In this document: piece by piece, positions 7,133 through 17,095 of the stretch
How positions within the stretch are numbered: the stretch's first letter is position 1
Layout: each line of letters starts with the position of its first letter
IMG/VR virus record: IMGVR_UViG_3300037420_000429
Source: a virus
Length of the DNA: 64,000 nucleotides
Reading direction: 5' to 3' (one strand)
Translations under genes and position numbers: made by a program
Notes under the pieces: model-generated
Databases searched by the model: none
What the model was told of the DNA's origin: nothing
Seen by the model: the letters and a program-made list of their open reading frames with translations, nothing else

Positions 7133-7888
7133 ATGGCTTACGTTTATTGGTTGCATCTGCCTGAACATTCTGATCCTAAATCAGAGGGTTATATTGGAAT
7201 TACTGGCGGAACAGTAGAGGACAGATTTGCTGAGCATGTCAGAAAAGCTAAAGGTAAAGGAAATCTGCACGTACATAACGCTATCAGGAAGTATGGGGAT
7301 CAGATAAAGGTGTCTGTACTTCACGAAGACTCAATTGAGTTCTGCGAATTACTTGAATGGGCCTACAGACCTCACCGTCAAATCGCATGGAATATTATGC
7401 CGGGTGGAAGCCCTTCTAGTATCGGTGTAGAAAAAGCAGAGGGTGCCAAGCTAAATATGCGGGATAAGGCGCGCAGAGGTGAGAGGCATCATTACTATGG
7501 TAAGAAGCTGTCTAAAGATCACGTCCAAAGAATGATCGAAAGCCGCAGAGGTCAAGTCAGGAGTGTTGAGCACTGTAAAAGCCTGTCTTCCGCCCTAACA
7601 GGTAGGGAATTTTCAGAGACTCACAAGGCTGCTATCAGTAAAGCCGCCAAAGCCAAACATCCGTGGCAAAACCCAACTTGTAATAAGCAGATTTGGGTAA
7701 AAGCAGATGAGATTTTTAATAAATACTCAGAAGGGCTGCGCGACTCTGCGTTGGCAAAAGCTTTTTCGGTGAACCACAACAAGATCGCCGCCTTGTCTAG
7801 AAAATTCAAGTCTGGTTGGATTCCGCAAGAAGACCCTGCATGGCTCCAGTTCAAGGAGCAATACTTAACGGAGCAAATGCATGAATAA
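7133..7888 (+). CDS. GIY-YIG homing endonuclease (free-standing)
   Basis: N-terminal YVYWL…GYIGIT…RFAEH…N motifs. Repeated NUMOD3-like helices (HHYYGKKLSKDH, SETHKAAISKA). Inserted between portal and protease. Confidence 0.8.
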   Translation: MAYVYWLHLPEHSDPKSEGYIGITGGTVEDRFAEHVRKAKGKGNLHVHNAIRKYGDQIKVSVLHEDSIEFCELLEWAYRPHRQIAWNIMPGGSPSSIGVEKAEGAKLNMRDKARRGERHHYYGKKLSKDHVQRMIESRRGQVRSVEHCKSLSSALTGREFSETHKAAISKAAKAKHPWQNPTCNKQIWVKADEIFNKYSEGLRDSALAKAFSVNHNKIAALSRKFKSGWIPQEDPAWLQFKEQYLTEQMHE

Positions 7889-8705
7889 ACACAAACTTTT
7901 GCGGCTTACCGCTTCCCTGCGTAACCGCCCTCACCTCATCTCCAAAGCAGCATTCCAAGAAATTGAGCAATACCTTGACTCTCGTAACGCTGGCATGCTC
8001 GACATTGACGGCAGCAAAAATGCTGCAACTACAAAAACAGTCCCTGTAGCTGGTGACGTTGGTGTTATCACCATTCGCGGCCCTCTTACCTATCGTACAT
8101 CTGGTTGGGAGGGCATGTGTGGCGGATTCTCTTACGAAATGATGCTTGACCAAGCTGAAGAACTTGTTGCCTCTAAAGTTAAGACTATTGTGCTTGATAT
8201 TGACTCTGGTGGTGGAGAAGCTTACGGCTGCTTTGAAAGTGTAAATGAATTGCGTGCGATGTGCGATGCAGCAGGTGTGAGGTTGATGGGGTATATCGAC
8301 GGCTCCGCGTGTTCCGCTGCTTATGCTATTGCATGTGCTTGTGACGAAGTGATTGCCAACCCTTATGCTGACGTAGGTTCGATTGGTGTTCTTATTTGCC
8401 TGTACAACGACAGTAAGAAGCTTGAACAAGCTGGCATCCAACGCACTTTCGTAACAGACGGCAATGACAAAGTTCCTTTCGCAGACGATGGTTCGTGGCG
8501 AGACGGTTTCCTTGAAGACATGCAGAATCGTGTTGCCGAGCTTGGCGATGCTTTCCGTGCTCACGTTTCCAAGTACACGGGCCTGTCCACAAAAGACCTC
8601 AAGGACACACAAGCACGAGTGTACTCCGCTCAAGATGCTCTGTCAATTGGTTTGGTCAACAAAATTATGACTCGTTCGGAGTTTGTAGATTACGTGCTCA
8701 GTTAA
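7881..8705 (+). CDS. prohead protease, S49 (SppA/lambda gpC-like) family
   Basis: VLDIDSGGGEAYG and GSACSAAY motifs typical of S49 peptidases. Position between portal and scaffold. Confidence 0.8.
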   Translation: MNKHKLLRLTASLRNRPHLISKAAFQEIEQYLDSRNAGMLDIDGSKNAATTKTVPVAGDVGVITIRGPLTYRTSGWEGMCGGFSYEMMLDQAEELVASKVKTIVLDIDSGGGEAYGCFESVNELRAMCDAAGVRLMGYIDGSACSAAYAIACACDEVIANPYADVGSIGVLICLYNDSKKLEQAGIQRTFVTDGNDKVPFADDGSWRDGFLEDMQNRVAELGDAFRAHVSKYTGLSTKDLKDTQARVYSAQDALSIGLVNKIMTRSEFVDYVLS

Positions 8706-8714
8706 AGGACAACT

Positions 8715-9260
8715 ATGCTGGATTATTTCAAAAAGAAGTTGGGCATTACGCCTGTAACCCCGGAGGCTTCGGAAGAAGTCGTAACTACAGGCGATTTGCC
8801 TGAACAAGAAAAGGAAGAAACGATGAGTGTAGAAGATAAAGCTCAAACTATCGAGCTTGCTGCGCACGAAGCAGTTCTGGCTCAACTGTCTGCCCTGACT
8901 GCCGAAATGGACTCGGTTAAGGCTGCTGCTGAAGCTATGAAAGCTGAGTACGAAGAGAAGCTGTCGGCTTATGCCGCTGCCGAAGAACAAGCTAAAGCTG
9001 ATGCGCTGGCTGCAAAACTGGAAGCCCGCCGTAAAGAAGTTGAAGCAACTATGGGCACTGAAAAAGCTGCTGCTTTTATGGCTGCAACTGAAGGTATGGA
9101 CGACACAAAGGTCGAATCGTTCCTGCAAATTTTCGCTACTAATGCTGCTGCCGAGGCAAAAAGCGAGATGTTCAATGAAGTCGGCGTTGAGACTAAGGCA
9201 GACGCTAAAGAGGAGCCTAAAGTTACTCATTTCAAACAATTTATCAAAGGAAATAAATAA
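8715..9260 (+). CDS. scaffolding protein
   Basis: 181 aa, Ala/Glu/Lys-rich and coiled-coil-like. Lies directly upstream of the decoration and capsid genes. Confidence 0.6.
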   Translation: MLDYFKKKLGITPVTPEASEEVVTTGDLPEQEKEETMSVEDKAQTIELAAHEAVLAQLSALTAEMDSVKAAAEAMKAEYEEKLSAYAAAEEQAKADALAAKLEARRKEVEATMGTEKAAAFMAATEGMDDTKVESFLQIFATNAAAEAKSEMFNEVGVETKADAKEEPKVTHFKQFIKGNK

Positions 9261-9262
9261 TT

Positions 9263-9658
9263 ATGGCAAAGCTTGCTTCGCGTAGTAATAAGCTGTCGGG
9301 CGTACTGGCATTTGAAGAAATGCCGGAATATGGCGTCTGCCGCAAAGTTGTCACGGTCACTGTGGCTGCTGGCATGGATGTCGGCGCTGTCCTGCAATTT
9401 GATGGCACTAGCAAATACAAATGGGTTGCTAACGCTGACGTTGCAACTCTGAATGCTGATGTTGCTGTTCTGATCGAATCGACTCTGGACGTGCCGTCGC
9501 TGGCTGCTGGCGATTATCAACTGGTGGTTCTGTACAAAGGCCATGCAGGTGTTACCGACAAAGGTCTGCTGTACAAAGATACCGTCACGTCGGGTAACCA
9601 AACCATCGTTCAAAATGCTCTGCGCGCTAAGAACATCCACGTCCGTACCCAAGTTTAA
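9263..9658 (+). CDS. head decoration protein (lambda gpD-like)
   Basis: 131 aa immediately upstream of the gpE-like capsid gene. Sequence pattern is compatible with the HDPD family. Confidence 0.55.
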   Translation: MAKLASRSNKLSGVLAFEEMPEYGVCRKVVTVTVAAGMDVGAVLQFDGTSKYKWVANADVATLNADVAVLIESTLDVPSLAAGDYQLVVLYKGHAGVTDKGLLYKDTVTSGNQTIVQNALRAKNIHVRTQV

Positions 9659-9677
9659 TAATTAAAGGAACCTTGCA

Positions 9678-10730
9678 ATGAGCATGACTATTCGCGACTA
9701 TTTCAATAGTTTCAAAAATGCCGATTTCGTTGACGGCATTACCCAAACCCCCCTGCAATACGGCTACATCAACAGCCAAAACCTGTTCAGCACACGGTCC
9801 ACCCCGCAAACGGCCATTATCTTCGATAAGGACTACCAGACCGTCACGCTGATGCCTCAAGTGAATCGTGGCGCACACGCTGCTGTTCAAGGTCATGAGC
9901 GCAAGGTTGATACTTTCTCGCTGCCGCTGGCTTATTTCAAAGCCGCTGATCGAATCACCAACGAGGATATCCAAGGTTGGCGTCAACCGGGTTCGACCGA
10001 TAACGAAACGTATGGTCGTGTTACGGCTGAAAAGATGGCTGACCTGCGTCTTGCATGGGACCAGACGATGGAATACATGCGTCTGCAAGCTCTGAAGGGC
10101 GTCACCAAGTCGCCGGATGGTACTGTGATGGCAGACATGTTCTCGCTGTTCAGCATCACCCAAAGCTCGGTGGATTTTGTTCTCGGCACGAATACTACCA
10201 ACGTTGACCAGAAGATTCGTCAACTGAAATCGGGTATCGCTAAGAGCGTTATGAATGGTGGTGCAATCGGCGGTGTTAAAGTTCTGGTTGATCCGGTGTT
10301 CTTCGACAAGCTGATTTCGCATCCGAACATGAAAGCTGCTTACCAGTTTTACATGGCTAACGGTGCTGGCAACCAAGCGCTGCGTGATGACACCACAGAG
10401 TACATGAAGTGGGGCATCATGGATCACTTCACGCACCGTGGCATCACGTTCGTGTCGTATGACGCAACGTTCAATCTGCCGAACGGCACTACCGAAGTTG
10501 CTTTTGCTGATTCGACTGGTATCGCTTACGCTGACGGTGTTAAAGACCTGTTCCGTGGCTTCAATGGCCCCTCGGCTAAGCTGTCGGAAGCCAATCAGCC
10601 GGGCCAAGAACTGTTTGTCCGTTCGTACGTTGATCCGCGTGATGAGTACGTTGAATTTGAACTGGAAGCTGCTCCTCTTATGTTCTGCACACGCCCTGCT
10701 TCGCTGTGGTCTGTGACTTCCAGCAACTAA
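9678..10730 (+). CDS. major capsid protein, lambda gpE-like family
   Basis: 350 aa. C-terminal EFELEAAPLMF resembles the lambda gpE EFTMIQSAPLML. Very strong codon bias, followed by a terminator. Confidence 0.85.
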   Translation: MSMTIRDYFNSFKNADFVDGITQTPLQYGYINSQNLFSTRSTPQTAIIFDKDYQTVTLMPQVNRGAHAAVQGHERKVDTFSLPLAYFKAADRITNEDIQGWRQPGSTDNETYGRVTAEKMADLRLAWDQTMEYMRLQALKGVTKSPDGTVMADMFSLFSITQSSVDFVLGTNTTNVDQKIRQLKSGIAKSVMNGGAIGGVKVLVDPVFFDKLISHPNMKAAYQFYMANGAGNQALRDDTTEYMKWGIMDHFTHRGITFVSYDATFNLPNGTTEVAFADSTGIAYADGVKDLFRGFNGPSAKLSEANQPGQELFVRSYVDPRDEYVEFELEAAPLMFCTRPASLWSVTSSN

Positions 10731-10745
10731 TAGTAGTATAGCTGA

Positions 10746-10770
10746 AACGCCTTCTTAGGAGGGCGTTTTT
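10746..10770 (+). terminator. rho-independent terminator after the capsid gene
   Basis: AACGCCT…GGGCGTT stem followed by TTTTT. Confidence 0.7.
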
Positions 10771-10791
10771 ACAATTCTACTAGGAGAGAAG

Positions 10792-11253
10792 ATGCCCATT
10801 ATTGATCTTGACTCCAACGTCGGTAAGCTGCGCTACCGCCTTGGTGACTATTACGACATTCCACGACTTCCTGATGAAGTCTACGAAAGTGCCTTATCGG
10901 ACACTAACGGGAATCTTCGCGCAGCTACAATCTTGTGTGGACAATATATCCTATCAGGTTTGGCTTTTGATACACAACAGAAGATGGGCATTGTCGAAGT
11001 GTACGGACAGCAAGCATTTAATCAATATTTGCAATTTTTGAAGCTTGTTATTAAAGACCCCGCTTTCAACGGTGTTTGCCCATTGCCGTATGTTGCAGGC
11101 GCTGACGAAGTTCATCCTATCTTGCAGTTCAAGGAAGACTTCACTAACGCACAGAATCGCCCAACATCTGATGAACGTCTTCATCAAATTGCTGCTGGTC
11201 CTTTTGATCCTTATAGTGGCCCTGTTGCGAATGGCGGCGTGGAGCCTCAATAA
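10792..11253 (+). CDS. head completion / connector protein (putative)
   Basis: 153-aa ORF, first after the capsid terminator. Function assigned by position only. Confidence 0.45.
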   Translation: MPIIDLDSNVGKLRYRLGDYYDIPRLPDEVYESALSDTNGNLRAATILCGQYILSGLAFDTQQKMGIVEVYGQQAFNQYLQFLKLVIKDPAFNGVCPLPYVAGADEVHPILQFKEDFTNAQNRPTSDERLHQIAAGPFDPYSGPVANGGVEPQ

Positions 11254-11648
11254 TGAACGCCCTAGACCGCACCGTAGCATCCATGATGTCTAAGTTTGGC
11301 ACAACAGCTTATGTCAGTGTTGCCGTCAGCGAAGAGTATGACCCTGCCACATCAGAGAACACTGTGTCTTACCAAGACTATCTTGTAAATATTATGGTGT
11401 TTGACTATGTGCGTAAGAGCGAGGGAGAAGGCACTGAACAAAACACCCTCATCAAAACAGGTGATAAGCAAGTTTACGTACGGCCTCCACAAAAAACCGA
11501 AGTTGGACTATCCCTGCCCCATTTGAACGCCAACAAAGATTTGCTTAAGATTGGCGATAAGCTGTACAAGATTGTCACGGTAAAGCAGCTTAATCCGTCG
11601 TTGGCACAAGACTCTTGCGTTCTGTACGAACTGTACGTGCGCGAATAA
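11253..11648 (+). CDS. head-tail joining protein (putative)
   Basis: 131 aa with a TAATG overlap to the upstream gene. Size and position match head-closure proteins. Confidence 0.45.
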   Translation: MNALDRTVASMMSKFGTTAYVSVAVSEEYDPATSENTVSYQDYLVNIMVFDYVRKSEGEGTEQNTLIKTGDKQVYVRPPQKTEVGLSLPHLNANKDLLKIGDKLYKIVTVKQLNPSLAQDSCVLYELYVRE

Positions 11649-11672
11649 CACAATAACTTAAAGGAAAATGAT

Positions 11673-12116
11673 ATGAGCGCAATGAGCGACTACTTGGAAA
11701 ACAAACTGATTGACTTCGTGTTCCGAGGTCAAACTTTCACGCCACCGGCAACGCTGTACATTGCCCTTTTTACCACTTCTGACAACGATGCTGGTGGCAC
11801 CCGTGTTGAAGTTAGCGGTGGTTCGTATGCTCGTGTTGCTGTTACGTCGTCGCTGGCTAACTGGGCTGGTACACAAGGTGCTGGAACGACTGTGGCGTCG
11901 AGCGGTACGTCTGGAACTACGTCCAACAACAATGCTATCACCTTCCCTGCACCTACGGCAAACTGGGGTACGGTTGTGGGCCTTGGTGTTTTTGATGCTG
12001 CAAGCGGGGGAAATGAACTCTGGTACGGCAGTCTCACTACCAATAAAACTGTTAATAGTGGAGATAGCGCACCCGCTTTCTCGGCAGCAGCGCTGTCGAT
12101 CCAAATTGACAACTAA
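11673..12116 (+). CDS. virion-associated hypothetical protein (147 aa, Gly/Ser/Thr-rich beta protein)
   Basis: AAAGGAAAATGAT-ATG start. The two alternative-frame ORFs over the same DNA have no RBS. Confidence 0.6.
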   Translation: MSAMSDYLENKLIDFVFRGQTFTPPATLYIALFTTSDNDAGGTRVEVSGGSYARVAVTSSLANWAGTQGAGTTVASSGTSGTTSNNNAITFPAPTANWGTVVGLGVFDAASGGNELWYGSLTTNKTVNSGDSAPAFSAAALSIQIDN

Positions 12117-12127
12117 GAGGTGCAATC

Positions 12128-13519
12128 TTGACTACTTACCACGTACGTTCTACGGACGGAAATAACACGAATAGTGGGGCAACCTGGGCACTTTCCAAGG
12201 CCGATATCCACTCGATTACATACGCCGCTGGGGATGTAGTCTATGTTTCGCAAGTTCACGCACAAAGTTCTGCTGCAAGTATTACGGTTGCTATGAACGG
12301 CTCGTTTGCAAATCCTAGCAGCATTATCTGCGGCAACGATGCTGCCGATCCACCAACTGCTACATCTGCTGCTGCAAGTGTAACCACTAGCGGCAGTGCA
12401 TATTCCATCACTGTGACAGGTATTGGGTATATTGAGGGCATTACTTTCAATATTGCTAATAGCAGCAGTTCTAGTGCGAATATGGTCCAAGCATCTAACA
12501 GCGGAGATTTTCAGAGTTATAAAAATTGTAATTTCGTGATTGGATCGACAGGCGGGCTCTCTAAAATTGTTCCCTGCAACGGTGACAAGACGAAAACTGT
12601 GTGGACCAATTGCAGTGTGAAATTTGCGTCGTCATCGCAGCGTATTGCTCCGATCTCGGGATTTTGGTATTGGCGCGGCGGTTCCATCCTTGCAGGTGGT
12701 ACTCAACCAAGCACGCTTATTTCGTTGACGGGCGGCTCTGTACGCGGAGGGGATTGCGTGATTGCAGATGTGGATTTGTCTAATGGGGCTGCATCTATGC
12801 ACCTTGTTGAATCCACTGCCAACGGCGCGTATCGCGTTCGTTTTAACAATATTAAACTCCCGTCTGCATGGACTGGAGATTTGATTGCTCCAACAACCGC
12901 TGAGGCAGCTACTCGGGTTGAGATGTACAACGCGATTGTTGACACTAGCAAGATTTATTTGTGGGCAAAAGATACGTTTGGATCGGTTAAATCTGACACC
13001 ACTATCTACAGGTCAGGTGGCGCCGCTGTCGGTACTGACGCTGTCTCCATGAAACTCACCACAAGTGCAAGTGTCAAGTATCCCGCTATTGGTTTTGAAT
13101 CCACTGCTATCGAACGTGCTTATCCGGGTACGTCGGCAGAAGACAGCGCGTTCACGCCGGGAGTCCAAAAGACCGTTTCCGTTGATTTTGTGCACGACTC
13201 GTCGGTGGTGGCTGGACAAGGCGCAGGTGCCTCTTATGCCTTTCAAAATAATGAGTTTGTCTTAGAAGTTATTACTCTCGATTCTAGCGGAAATGTTGTG
13301 GGCACTGTCCACTCGTCCGCACCTGCTAACGTACTGACGGCAGCAACCGATATCGGGTCTAGTACGCAAACCTTTACGACAACAGGTATGACTACTCCAG
13401 TCAAACAACGGCTTTCTGTACCTATTACCCCTTACGAAAAAGGAACCATTCGGGCACGAATCATTGGCTACGCGCCAAATAAGACAATCTACTATTGCCC
13501 AAAATTGACGGTGGCTTGA
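12128..13519 (+). CDS. fibre/spike protein, probable right-handed beta-helix (depolymerase-like)
   Basis: TTG start 5 nt after AAGAGGTG. The N-terminus YHVRSTDGNNTNSGATWALSKADIHSITYAAGDVVYV resembles the start of pectate-lyase-fold spikes. Rich in Ser/Thr/Gly/Asn. Confidence 0.45.
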   Translation: MTTYHVRSTDGNNTNSGATWALSKADIHSITYAAGDVVYVSQVHAQSSAASITVAMNGSFANPSSIICGNDAADPPTATSAAASVTTSGSAYSITVTGIGYIEGITFNIANSSSSSANMVQASNSGDFQSYKNCNFVIGSTGGLSKIVPCNGDKTKTVWTNCSVKFASSSQRIAPISGFWYWRGGSILAGGTQPSTLISLTGGSVRGGDCVIADVDLSNGAASMHLVESTANGAYRVRFNNIKLPSAWTGDLIAPTTAEAATRVEMYNAIVDTSKIYLWAKDTFGSVKSDTTIYRSGGAAVGTDAVSMKLTTSASVKYPAIGFESTAIERAYPGTSAEDSAFTPGVQKTVSVDFVHDSSVVAGQGAGASYAFQNNEFVLEVITLDSSGNVVGTVHSSAPANVLTAATDIGSSTQTFTTTGMTTPVKQRLSVPITPYEKGTIRARIIGYAPNKTIYYCPKLTVA

Positions 13520-13520
13520 C

Positions 13521-15932
13521 ATGACTCGTGAATATATTACTAGTCATGGCACATTTGTTAACGAGACAAATGTAAGACAAGAGGTCTTATCTGGTGGAGT
13601 ATTTGTTAACGAGACGAGCGATAGTGCAGGTGCCCCTGCTTCGATTAATCTGGCAGCGTCTCTTACCGCAACATCTGTATTGTCCGCTGCGTTCCCCGGC
13701 CCAACCACAGTAACACTAAACTACGTTACTGATACATTCACAGGCACTGCTGGTGCATTGGTTACAGCAAGGTCTGGCGAGGTTGGCGCAACTTGGAACA
13801 AGATGTCCGCATTTTTGGGCTCCACGCCGCATATTGATGCGACAGGTGGGCGCTCCTACTCCGTAGACACCTCAGAATCGCTGTTGTTTGCTTCTGCCCC
13901 GACACCTGTAGACGGTGAAACTGTCGAACTGCTGTTTGATACACTTACGGATATTGGTGAAGTTGGTGTGGGTTTGCGTGTAACTCCTACGAGTGGCTAT
14001 TTTGCCCGCCTGAACGGGGGTACTCTTGCCATTGTGAGGATAACAGGTGGAACGCAGACGATGACTGCACTCACTCTGGACCAAGGCGGGACAAGCGTTG
14101 CTAAGACAAATTCAGTTGGCCCTCACTCCCTCAAATTCTCTGCTTCGGGTACAGGGGCCAGTGTTGCTCTGAGCGCGTACTACGACAACGTATTATTGGC
14201 AAGTGCTACAGATACGTCAGCAAGCCGCTTAACAGCTTTGGGCACAATTGGCCTATTGCAAGGTGGGGCGATTGGAACAGACACAACCGGACATCACGTT
14301 AGCTCTGTAAATGCCTCTGTCACAGTGGGCGCATCTGCAACTGTTTTCACGGCTGGCCTTTTCACTGATGGGCAAATTGTCCAAAGACAAAGCGGTGTAG
14401 GAACTATTACGGCACAAGTATTTTACGCCAATGTTGCACCAACAGGAATTGACGCACGTCTTGTCACATACGGAACAAACACAGCCCTGACAGGTTTTGA
14501 CTGGTCCACTAAGGTTGCATCCCCTACAGGCGGTTCCGCAACAATCTCGTTTGCGAACGTACCGCAGGGTGGTATGTATGATATTCAGGTACGAAACACA
14601 GGAAATACTTCTGTTGTTACAACACTCGGTAAGAGGGGTGTTGGTGACATTGTTCCTATCATTGGTCAATCCAACGGCTATAGGCAGTTCCGTACGGGAG
14701 ATTCTACATTGACTCCTGACAGCAGGCTTTCTATCTACGGTAACGTAGCAAGCGGTTTTTGGATGCCTCCCGACTCATCTTCGATGAACGGTGCTATTGC
14801 CACAGGTAACGCGATTATTGCAGCAACAGGCGTCCCTGTTGCTATGCTGGATTATGCGTGGGATGGTTCTGGTCTGCTGATTAGCAATTTGGGTGGACAA
14901 TGGTTGTCTTCTGCTACTAGTGCAAGCAACAACGCTTACACCGCTTTCAAATCCGCCGTGACGGCAATTGGCGGCAAGATTGCCGCAGCTATTTGGCATC
15001 AGGGTAGCACAGAAGCTAAGCTGCAATCAAGTTTGGCAACAGTAGATCAAGGACAGACGGGCTATTATAACGGCCTGACTTCATTGTTCAACATGATTCG
15101 CTCGGACTTTGGCAACCCCAATTTACCTATTATTATTGGTCTTGAGGGAAATAGGACAGTAACACCTCCTACTGACGCTCAGGTTGAGATGATCCGTCGT
15201 GCACAAGCACAAAAGGCTGCTGAGACTAATTTCTACAGAGTTGAACGTCAAGACTTGCCCCTTGTTGACGGTGCGCACCATACAGCAGGTGGTTTCACTT
15301 CGTTAGGACAACGTCAAGCTAATGCGGTTAAGTTTGCTTTTGGTTTGACTACGAAGTATCGCGGACCAAGAATTGTATCGGCAGCAGGCGTCTCGTCAAC
15401 TGTGTATGATCTGACTCTTGTTCATGATAGCGGGACAGACTTCACACCCACGAGCGGTATTACAGGGCTCCGCGCTGTAGATGGAACAACGGATGTTGCT
15501 ATTTCCTCTGCTGTGCACAACTCTGCGACAACAATACGGGTAACACTGGCTAGCGCCCCTGCTAATCAGCCGACATTCTATTCGTTGTACGGCACCGCAC
15601 CAGATGTGTCCAATGTTGCAAAAGACAACTCTACACTGTCACTTCCTCTGGAATACAACGGTGCAGGCATCACGGCATCTGCGGGACGTGTTTTCTCTGT
15701 CACATTAGGTGACGCGAGCGGGCCTGCTGCCAACCTAAGTAATCTCTCCATTAGGTGCTATGACCGTCCGGGCGGGGCATTGGTGTACACAACAGATGTC
15801 GGCACGACTGATGCATCTGGAACTGTTTCTGTGACCGCGTCGTCCTCTACAATGTCCGCTGGGGATACAGGTGATATGAGTGTTAGGGGGGCTGACGGAA
15901 GGCATTGGAATGGCCCTGTACAGGTGACGTAA
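13521..15932 (+). CDS. fibre protein with a sialate-O-acetylesterase-like (SASA/SGNH-type) carbohydrate esterase domain
   Basis: 803 aa. Motifs IIGQSNGY and AIWHQGSTEA match the GQSN / WxQGE signature of SASA esterases. Duplicated G-x-F-V-N-E-T motif at the N-terminus. Confidence 0.55.
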   Translation: MTREYITSHGTFVNETNVRQEVLSGGVFVNETSDSAGAPASINLAASLTATSVLSAAFPGPTTVTLNYVTDTFTGTAGALVTARSGEVGATWNKMSAFLGSTPHIDATGGRSYSVDTSESLLFASAPTPVDGETVELLFDTLTDIGEVGVGLRVTPTSGYFARLNGGTLAIVRITGGTQTMTALTLDQGGTSVAKTNSVGPHSLKFSASGTGASVALSAYYDNVLLASATDTSASRLTALGTIGLLQGGAIGTDTTGHHVSSVNASVTVGASATVFTAGLFTDGQIVQRQSGVGTITAQVFYANVAPTGIDARLVTYGTNTALTGFDWSTKVASPTGGSATISFANVPQGGMYDIQVRNTGNTSVVTTLGKRGVGDIVPIIGQSNGYRQFRTGDSTLTPDSRLSIYGNVASGFWMPPDSSSMNGAIATGNAIIAATGVPVAMLDYAWDGSGLLISNLGGQWLSSATSASNNAYTAFKSAVTAIGGKIAAAIWHQGSTEAKLQSSLATVDQGQTGYYNGLTSLFNMIRSDFGNPNLPIIIGLEGNRTVTPPTDAQVEMIRRAQAQKAAETNFYRVERQDLPLVDGAHHTAGGFTSLGQRQANAVKFAFGLTTKYRGPRIVSAAGVSSTVYDLTLVHDSGTDFTPTSGITGLRAVDGTTDVAISSAVHNSATTIRVTLASAPANQPTFYSLYGTAPDVSNVAKDNSTLSLPLEYNGAGITASAGRVFSVTLGDASGPAANLSNLSIRCYDRPGGALVYTTDVGTTDASGTVSVTASSSTMSAGDTGDMSVRGADGRHWNGPVQVT

Positions 15933-16642
15933 TGAAATATTTTGCGCCATCTACTAATAACGGGTATGCGTATTTTGCACCTGATGTCCCGGTGCAAAAC
16001 GTACTTTCAGGTTTGACATCAGCCGCCAGTTCTGTAACAGCGGGTCTTACGACATCAATCAGATTGTCTGCTGCTGCTGTCTCTACGGCAGCAATTACGG
16101 CGGCATTGGTATCGTCGTCTGCGACACTATCAGCATCTATCTCTGCATCCACATCCACTTCTGGAACACTTTCGTTATCTTCTATTGCGCTTAGTGCAGG
16201 TATTTATTCGCATGGAGTGGTGTCAGGCGATCTAACATCAGTACAGGTAATCCCAATGTTTACTCCAAGCCAAGCAAGAACGATCAACGTACAAGCCACG
16301 TCGCCAGTCTTTACAGGTGGGAAGTGGTGGACTTTAACAGACCCCAAGAAACCTCGCGGACTTAAAGACCCTGACGCAGTTATTGACATTACGTTTGACT
16401 GGTCTGTTTGGCTGGATGACATTAGCGCAGACCCAAACAACTCTGTCACTATTTCCGATGTGACTTTCACCTTAAATGGTGTGAGCAGTGTCGGCAGTTT
16501 TTCTGACGGAACAAAAGTGACAGTGTTTATTTCTGGCGGAACACCCGGCAGTGCTGCCACAGTAGCGTGTTTGATTAAAACTCTTACAACGCCACAACGG
16601 ACAGATGAACGTACTGTTTACATTGATATTGCGGAGGAATGA
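15932..16642 (+). CDS. structural protein with a Ser/Ala/Thr low-complexity N-terminal half
   Basis: ATG 15932 overlaps the upstream stop (TAATG). C-terminal globular domain (…DPDAVIDITFDWSVWL…). Confidence 0.55.
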   Translation: MKYFAPSTNNGYAYFAPDVPVQNVLSGLTSAASSVTAGLTTSIRLSAAAVSTAAITAALVSSSATLSASISASTSTSGTLSLSSIALSAGIYSHGVVSGDLTSVQVIPMFTPSQARTINVQATSPVFTGGKWWTLTDPKKPRGLKDPDAVIDITFDWSVWLDDISADPNNSVTISDVTFTLNGVSSVGSFSDGTKVTVFISGGTPGSAATVACLIKTLTTPQRTDERTVYIDIAEE

Positions 16643-17043
16643 TGCACTCGTGCAAAGTGTTGGTTATCAATGAAACGCTCAGCCGGGACGATGTGACCTT
16701 TGCAGCCAAGCCTAAAGCACAGCTTCGTGCTGTGCCATATGGCGCCACTACAAAGCAAATTGTCAGAATTAACGATAATGTAGAACAGGACATCTTTTCT
16801 GTTTTTGATACAGGGACAAGTATTTTAGCAGACATTACGGGGATGGCTTTGTTCCTCACTATTTCCAAAACCGACGGGATTGTTGCAGAGGTTAAGGGCA
16901 AGGTGAATTCGGATCTCAAGGGTGTTGTATCGTTCCGGCTTGGTGAATTAACAGCGGGTTTCTACTCTTATGAAATTACTGTCCGGGCCAACAACTATTC
17001 ACAAAGCTTGCTCTCCGGTTCTTATGTTGTTAAGAACTCGTAA
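16639..17043 (+). CDS. hypothetical structural protein (134 aa, Ig-like beta-rich)
   Basis: ATGA overlap with the upstream gene. Last gene before the promoter at 17046. Confidence 0.5.
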   Translation: MMHSCKVLVINETLSRDDVTFAAKPKAQLRAVPYGATTKQIVRINDNVEQDIFSVFDTGTSILADITGMALFLTISKTDGIVAEVKGKVNSDLKGVVSFRLGELTAGFYSYEITVRANNYSQSLLSGSYVVKNS

Positions 17044-17045
17044 AA

Positions 17046-17074
17046 TTGACAAGATAGTGCACCAATGCTATAAT
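17046..17074 (+). promoter_or_regulatory. sigma70-type promoter (TTGACAAGAT family, consensus -10)
   Basis: TTGACA 17046..17051, 17 nt, TATAAT 17069..17074. Confidence 0.65.
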
Positions 17075-17095
17075 TCTTTTCTGTAAGGGAGGTAT

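Noticed and set aside
8641-8675. Antisense promoter-like element (TTGACA-17-TACACT on the minus strand) inside the protease gene.
   Set aside because: It is a single hexamer-pair match inside a coding region, with nothing downstream on that strand to express. This is expected by chance in 64 kb.
9627-10607. 326-aa antisense ORF covering the major capsid gene. Similar long antisense ORFs occur at 7851..8633, 8643..9239 and 9227..9652 over the protease, scaffold and decoration genes.
   Set aside because: None has an RBS or sensible start context, and each lies entirely inside a well-supported sense gene. The head genes have very strong codon bias (CTG, TCG, GCT, GGT), which depletes stop codons on the opposite strand. 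They are treated as artefacts.
11710-12165. Two alternative-frame ORFs (11710..12165 plus strand, 11729..12112 minus strand) overlapping the 147-aa gene 11673..12116.
   Set aside because: Only the 11673 frame has a Shine-Dalgarno plus ATG and a globular-looking product. The others are Arg/Leu/Pro-rich read-throughs of a GC-rich, Gly/Ser/Thr-coding segment.
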